In this document: positions 61,222-64,000 of the stretch, in pieces
How the letters are laid out: each line of letters starts with the position of its first letter
How positions within the stretch are numbered: the stretch's first letter is position 1
Assembly: GCF_032191835.1 (NCBI RefSeq)
Contig: NC_083231.1
Coordinates: 36,890,001-36,954,000, forward strand
Direction of reading: 5' to 3'
Length of the DNA stretch: 64,000 nt
DNA from: Heteronotia binoei
Taxonomy: Eukaryota
Position numbers and translations under genes: made by a program
Notes under the pieces: model-generated
Told to the model about the DNA's origin: nothing
Databases searched by the model: none
What the model saw: the letters and a program-made list of their open reading frames with translations, nothing else

Positions 61222-61803
61222 ATCAAAATAACTATTTCTTATATGGCGTACACAATAATAAAATTAAAAACATAGAACCTGAATATCAGGCTGTATTAGA
61301 GTCAGAACAAGCTTTACGTAAACTGTAATAAGTTCCCATACAAAGTTGATGAACATCTCAAATGACCAAAACAAGAACATTTGGCTTCAATTGCTGGTTG
61401 ATGACACACACGTCCACAAATAATGGAAACCTTCAGATTATTATATCAATGAAGATTTATGTTTGAGTGCAGCTACCATGTGAAGAGACCCATGGCCTTC
61501 TTTATAAGTTTACATCATACCACACAATATATGAGATAACAACACCTGATCAGGATTGATATATAGTAGTGCCTGGATGTGTTTTTTCAAAAGCATGTAT
61601 TGTTGATGACTGAGGAAGGCCCTTGAGGCCAAAACGCATATGGTCTTGCATTAGTCATTTGACATGTTCATCTTTGTATGAGAAATTATTTGTATAAGAA
61701 ATTAAAACTTGTTCTTCTGACCCTAATTCTATTCAGACCCTATGTTATTAATTTTACTGTTGTGTATACTATAGAATAAATATTTATTCTGATATTATTT
61801 TAT
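61222..61803. mobile_element. Penelope-like element remnant with inverted pseudo-LTR arms and a decayed hammerhead motif
   Basis: 61222-~61395 is a diverged reverse complement of ~61625-61803; CTGAGGA-A-GGCC-CTTGA-GGCC-AAAAC...GTC at 61610-61645. Confidence 0.6.
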
Positions 61804-63246
61804 CAGCTGTAGCTTGACCCTTGTAGCATTATCGGCATATTTCATGTTTTTCCCCCTTTTCCTTCGTTTGCTCTCCCATGTTAAGCCATTTGTGTTCCTC
61901 AGTGGATATCATCTAGTACTAAAAACACCCTGAGCAAATGTGCCCCAAGATAGGTGTGTCTAATTTGTGATTAGGTAGGTGAGAGAGGTTAGCACTAATA
62001 GCACCTAACCTGAATAACTGCATACCAAACCAAGAGACGTGAATGAGAAGTTTTATGGACAGGGAATGTCTACTGCTTCAGAACACAACGTTTCACATTT
62101 CCACCTGCAACTGTTTATCTTTAAGGCAGAAATTAATTTTACAAAGGGTCTCCAACATATGAGATTTTGACTCCTTATTTTTAATTAATGGAATTAGTGC
62201 TAACCAAAGGGTGGCTGCTTGAATCTTTCCAATAAGTGTCCATTGTTTGCTTGCGGTATGCCACAGAGAGTTTCCCAAACATGCTTTAGATTCCTATCAA
62301 AATTGCTTGTGAGCAAGGTGCTTTAAAACAATACTTCATTGTTACATTAATGGAATTCTACCAGCATGTTTGGCTAACCTTTAATCTTGGGATAGTAGCA
62401 GGTTTTAAACTTCAGATCTAGTTTTCTTCTTAAACAGTATGCTTTAAAGTGAAATCTAAATTAAATAAATACCAGCCAGTTTTTCTGCTTTCTTTCTCTC
62501 TGACATTTATTTAAGTGTAAAGACTTGGAACCGTGCATTGTGTGTAAACTTCAGTATTGGTCTTCATTACTTGGCAACATACTGGTTAAAATCTTGTTAT
62601 GATCAGAAACAGATATCAGTTTCACTGTAGAATAATCATGGCTTCGGCAATAGCCAGATTTGGAATTCTTGACCTCCCAGATTGCTAGTCTAAACATTCT
62701 GAGTAGGATTTACTTCTGAGTAAACAGATGTATGCTGTTAAGCTGGATGGGTTGCAGCCAAAGGAAGAAGAGCACAAGGATTCTTGTGAATCTTCCTGCA
62801 TTGCTTCAGCCAATCTCCATGACCTCTGAAAAGCTGATGGTTGCAAATCATGAGACCTTTGCAGACAAAAAATGAGAAGGAAATTGCCCTTCCCCCATCA
62901 TCTTCTAGCAGAAGTAATTTTGGGTAAAAGGATTGTAAGAACAAGATGGGGGTGACTTTACCTGGATCCATCTCACTACACCTGGAAAGCAAGTGGCATG
63001 TGGAAAGATTGAATTCTACTGCTTTGAAACAGTGTTATGGTTTTGTGTTTTCACTTTCTAGCTGTCTACATTTTAAAAAATTCTTATTTTAAAGCAGCAG
63101 TTAAGATCCCTGAAAGTAGGTTTTTCTCAGCCTTCTCCTTATTCCGAAGCTTTGCTCTGTAAATGGATGCAATAATTCTGTTTGATTTGGTCCTAACCAG
63201 CAGACTGAATTATTTAAGTCCATTTCAATTATCTTCTTATACTTAC

Positions 63247-63326
63247 TGTTGCAGCGTTTCAAAGCCTTGCTCTTTATACAGTAATTCCTGCTTCATCTGT
63301 GAGAGTTCTCTCTTCAGCTTTTTAAC
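63247..63326 (-). CDS. WWC2: WWC2 exon (~5), 80 nt, VKKLKRELSQMKQELLYKEQGFETLQ(Q)
   Basis: Acceptor tacaag|G, donor CA|gtaagt; phase 0 to 2. Confidence 0.95.
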
Positions 63327-63543
63327 CTTGTACACAAAATGGGTTTTTAAAAAAAATTAGAAATTTTAGGCAACCGTGCACATGGTTGAGAATAGTTAGT
63401 ACTTCTGCAATCCAAATATGTGATTTTCCCTGTTGGTTCTTTGTGGCTTCTGAAATAAGTCTTGCTCTGACCTACCATGCACCAGAACAACACAACCCTG
63501 TACCACAGCAGGCTGCCTTGCATATTATATTTTGTGTCTGAAA

Positions 63544-63748
63544 CAGGGCTTTTTTTTTGGTAGGAACACACAGGAACGCAGTTCCAGCTGGCTTGGTGTC
63601 AGGGGGTGTGGACTAATATGCAAATGAGTCCCCGCTGGACTTTTTCTACAAAAAAGCCCTGTGCGAAACAAGGGTGATGGCGGAAGGTGTGGCCTAATAT
63701 GCAAATGAGTTCCTGCTGGGCTTTTTCTACCCAAAAAAGTGCCCAGAT
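63544..63748. mobile_element. hAT MITE, CAGGGCTTTTTT family (internally duplicated)
   Basis: Two CTAATATGCAAATGAG modules. Confidence 0.78.
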
Positions 63749-63877
63749 TTAAAATGCTTCTCTTCCCAAGCTCTGCTGTAAGAGATCTCAAAGAAATAAA
63801 AGGGCTCTGAACCAGTGGTATACCTAGCCGATTTCACCCACTGGGCAGATAATTTTTTAATGCCCCTCCTCTGTTGT

Positions 63878-64000
63878 TTTTTGTTGCCATCAAGTCACAG
63901 CTGACTTATGGCGACCCTGTATAGGGTTTTCAGGGCAAGAGACGTTCAGAGGTGGTTGATCATTGCCTGCCTCTATGTTGGTCCTGCTTAGCTTCTGAGA
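63878..64000 (-). mobile_element. 5S-derived SINE (cut by the window end)
   Basis: TCAGAAGCTAAGCAGG head remnant and the family tail. Confidence 0.75.

Larger units (their letters stand above)
800..63326 (-). other. WWC2: WWC2 gene body (partial, 16 coding exons, probably exons 5-20; continues beyond both window ends)
   Basis: The spliced exons give an 871-codon open frame matching WWC2 as I recall it (VKKLKRELSQMKQELLYKEQGFETLQ ... GYIPSGPITTIHENEVV ... [36 protein letters not shown]). All junctions are GT-AG and in phase. Confidence 0.96.

Overview
Vertebrate genomic DNA, most likely a gecko or other squamate, judged from its SINE, CR1 and hAT MITE repertoire. The whole window lies inside WWC2 (KIBRA/WWC family Hippo-pathway scaffold) on the minus strand. 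I traced 16 consecutive coding exons with GT-AG splice sites and continuous phase (63326 down to 800; 2,613 nt, 871 codons). They are probably exons 5-20 by analogy to the family gene structure and cover the coiled coils, Ser-rich linker, C2 domain, Glu-rich segment and the RSQTF/RSDSD region. The start and stop codons lie outside the window. Introns hold Squam3-like tRNA SINEs, 5S-derived SINEs, CR1/L2 fragments, many hAT MITEs, a Harbinger MITE and a Penelope-like remnant with a decayed hammerhead. Two GC/CpG-rich, apparently young insertions stand out, both with TAGGGT(T/G)(G/A)CCA Blackjack-type hAT ends and 8-bp target-site duplications (TSDs). (1) 30495-31952 carries a 22-codon fragment resembling the TERT TEN domain plus a ~470-bp internal tandem duplication. 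(2) 54430-58252, nested in an older hAT MITE, carries an ETS/CRE motif array, a ~900-bp palindrome, a concatemer of CR1 3' ends, an assembly gap, 11 copies of a 113-bp hairpin unit and an NRF1-motif hairpin. Together they suggest a cargo-loading ('Pack'-type) hAT family. A candidate 6-nt frame-preserving microexon lies in the C2-domain intron. All homology calls are from memory, not database searches, and repeat boundaries without TSDs are approximate.
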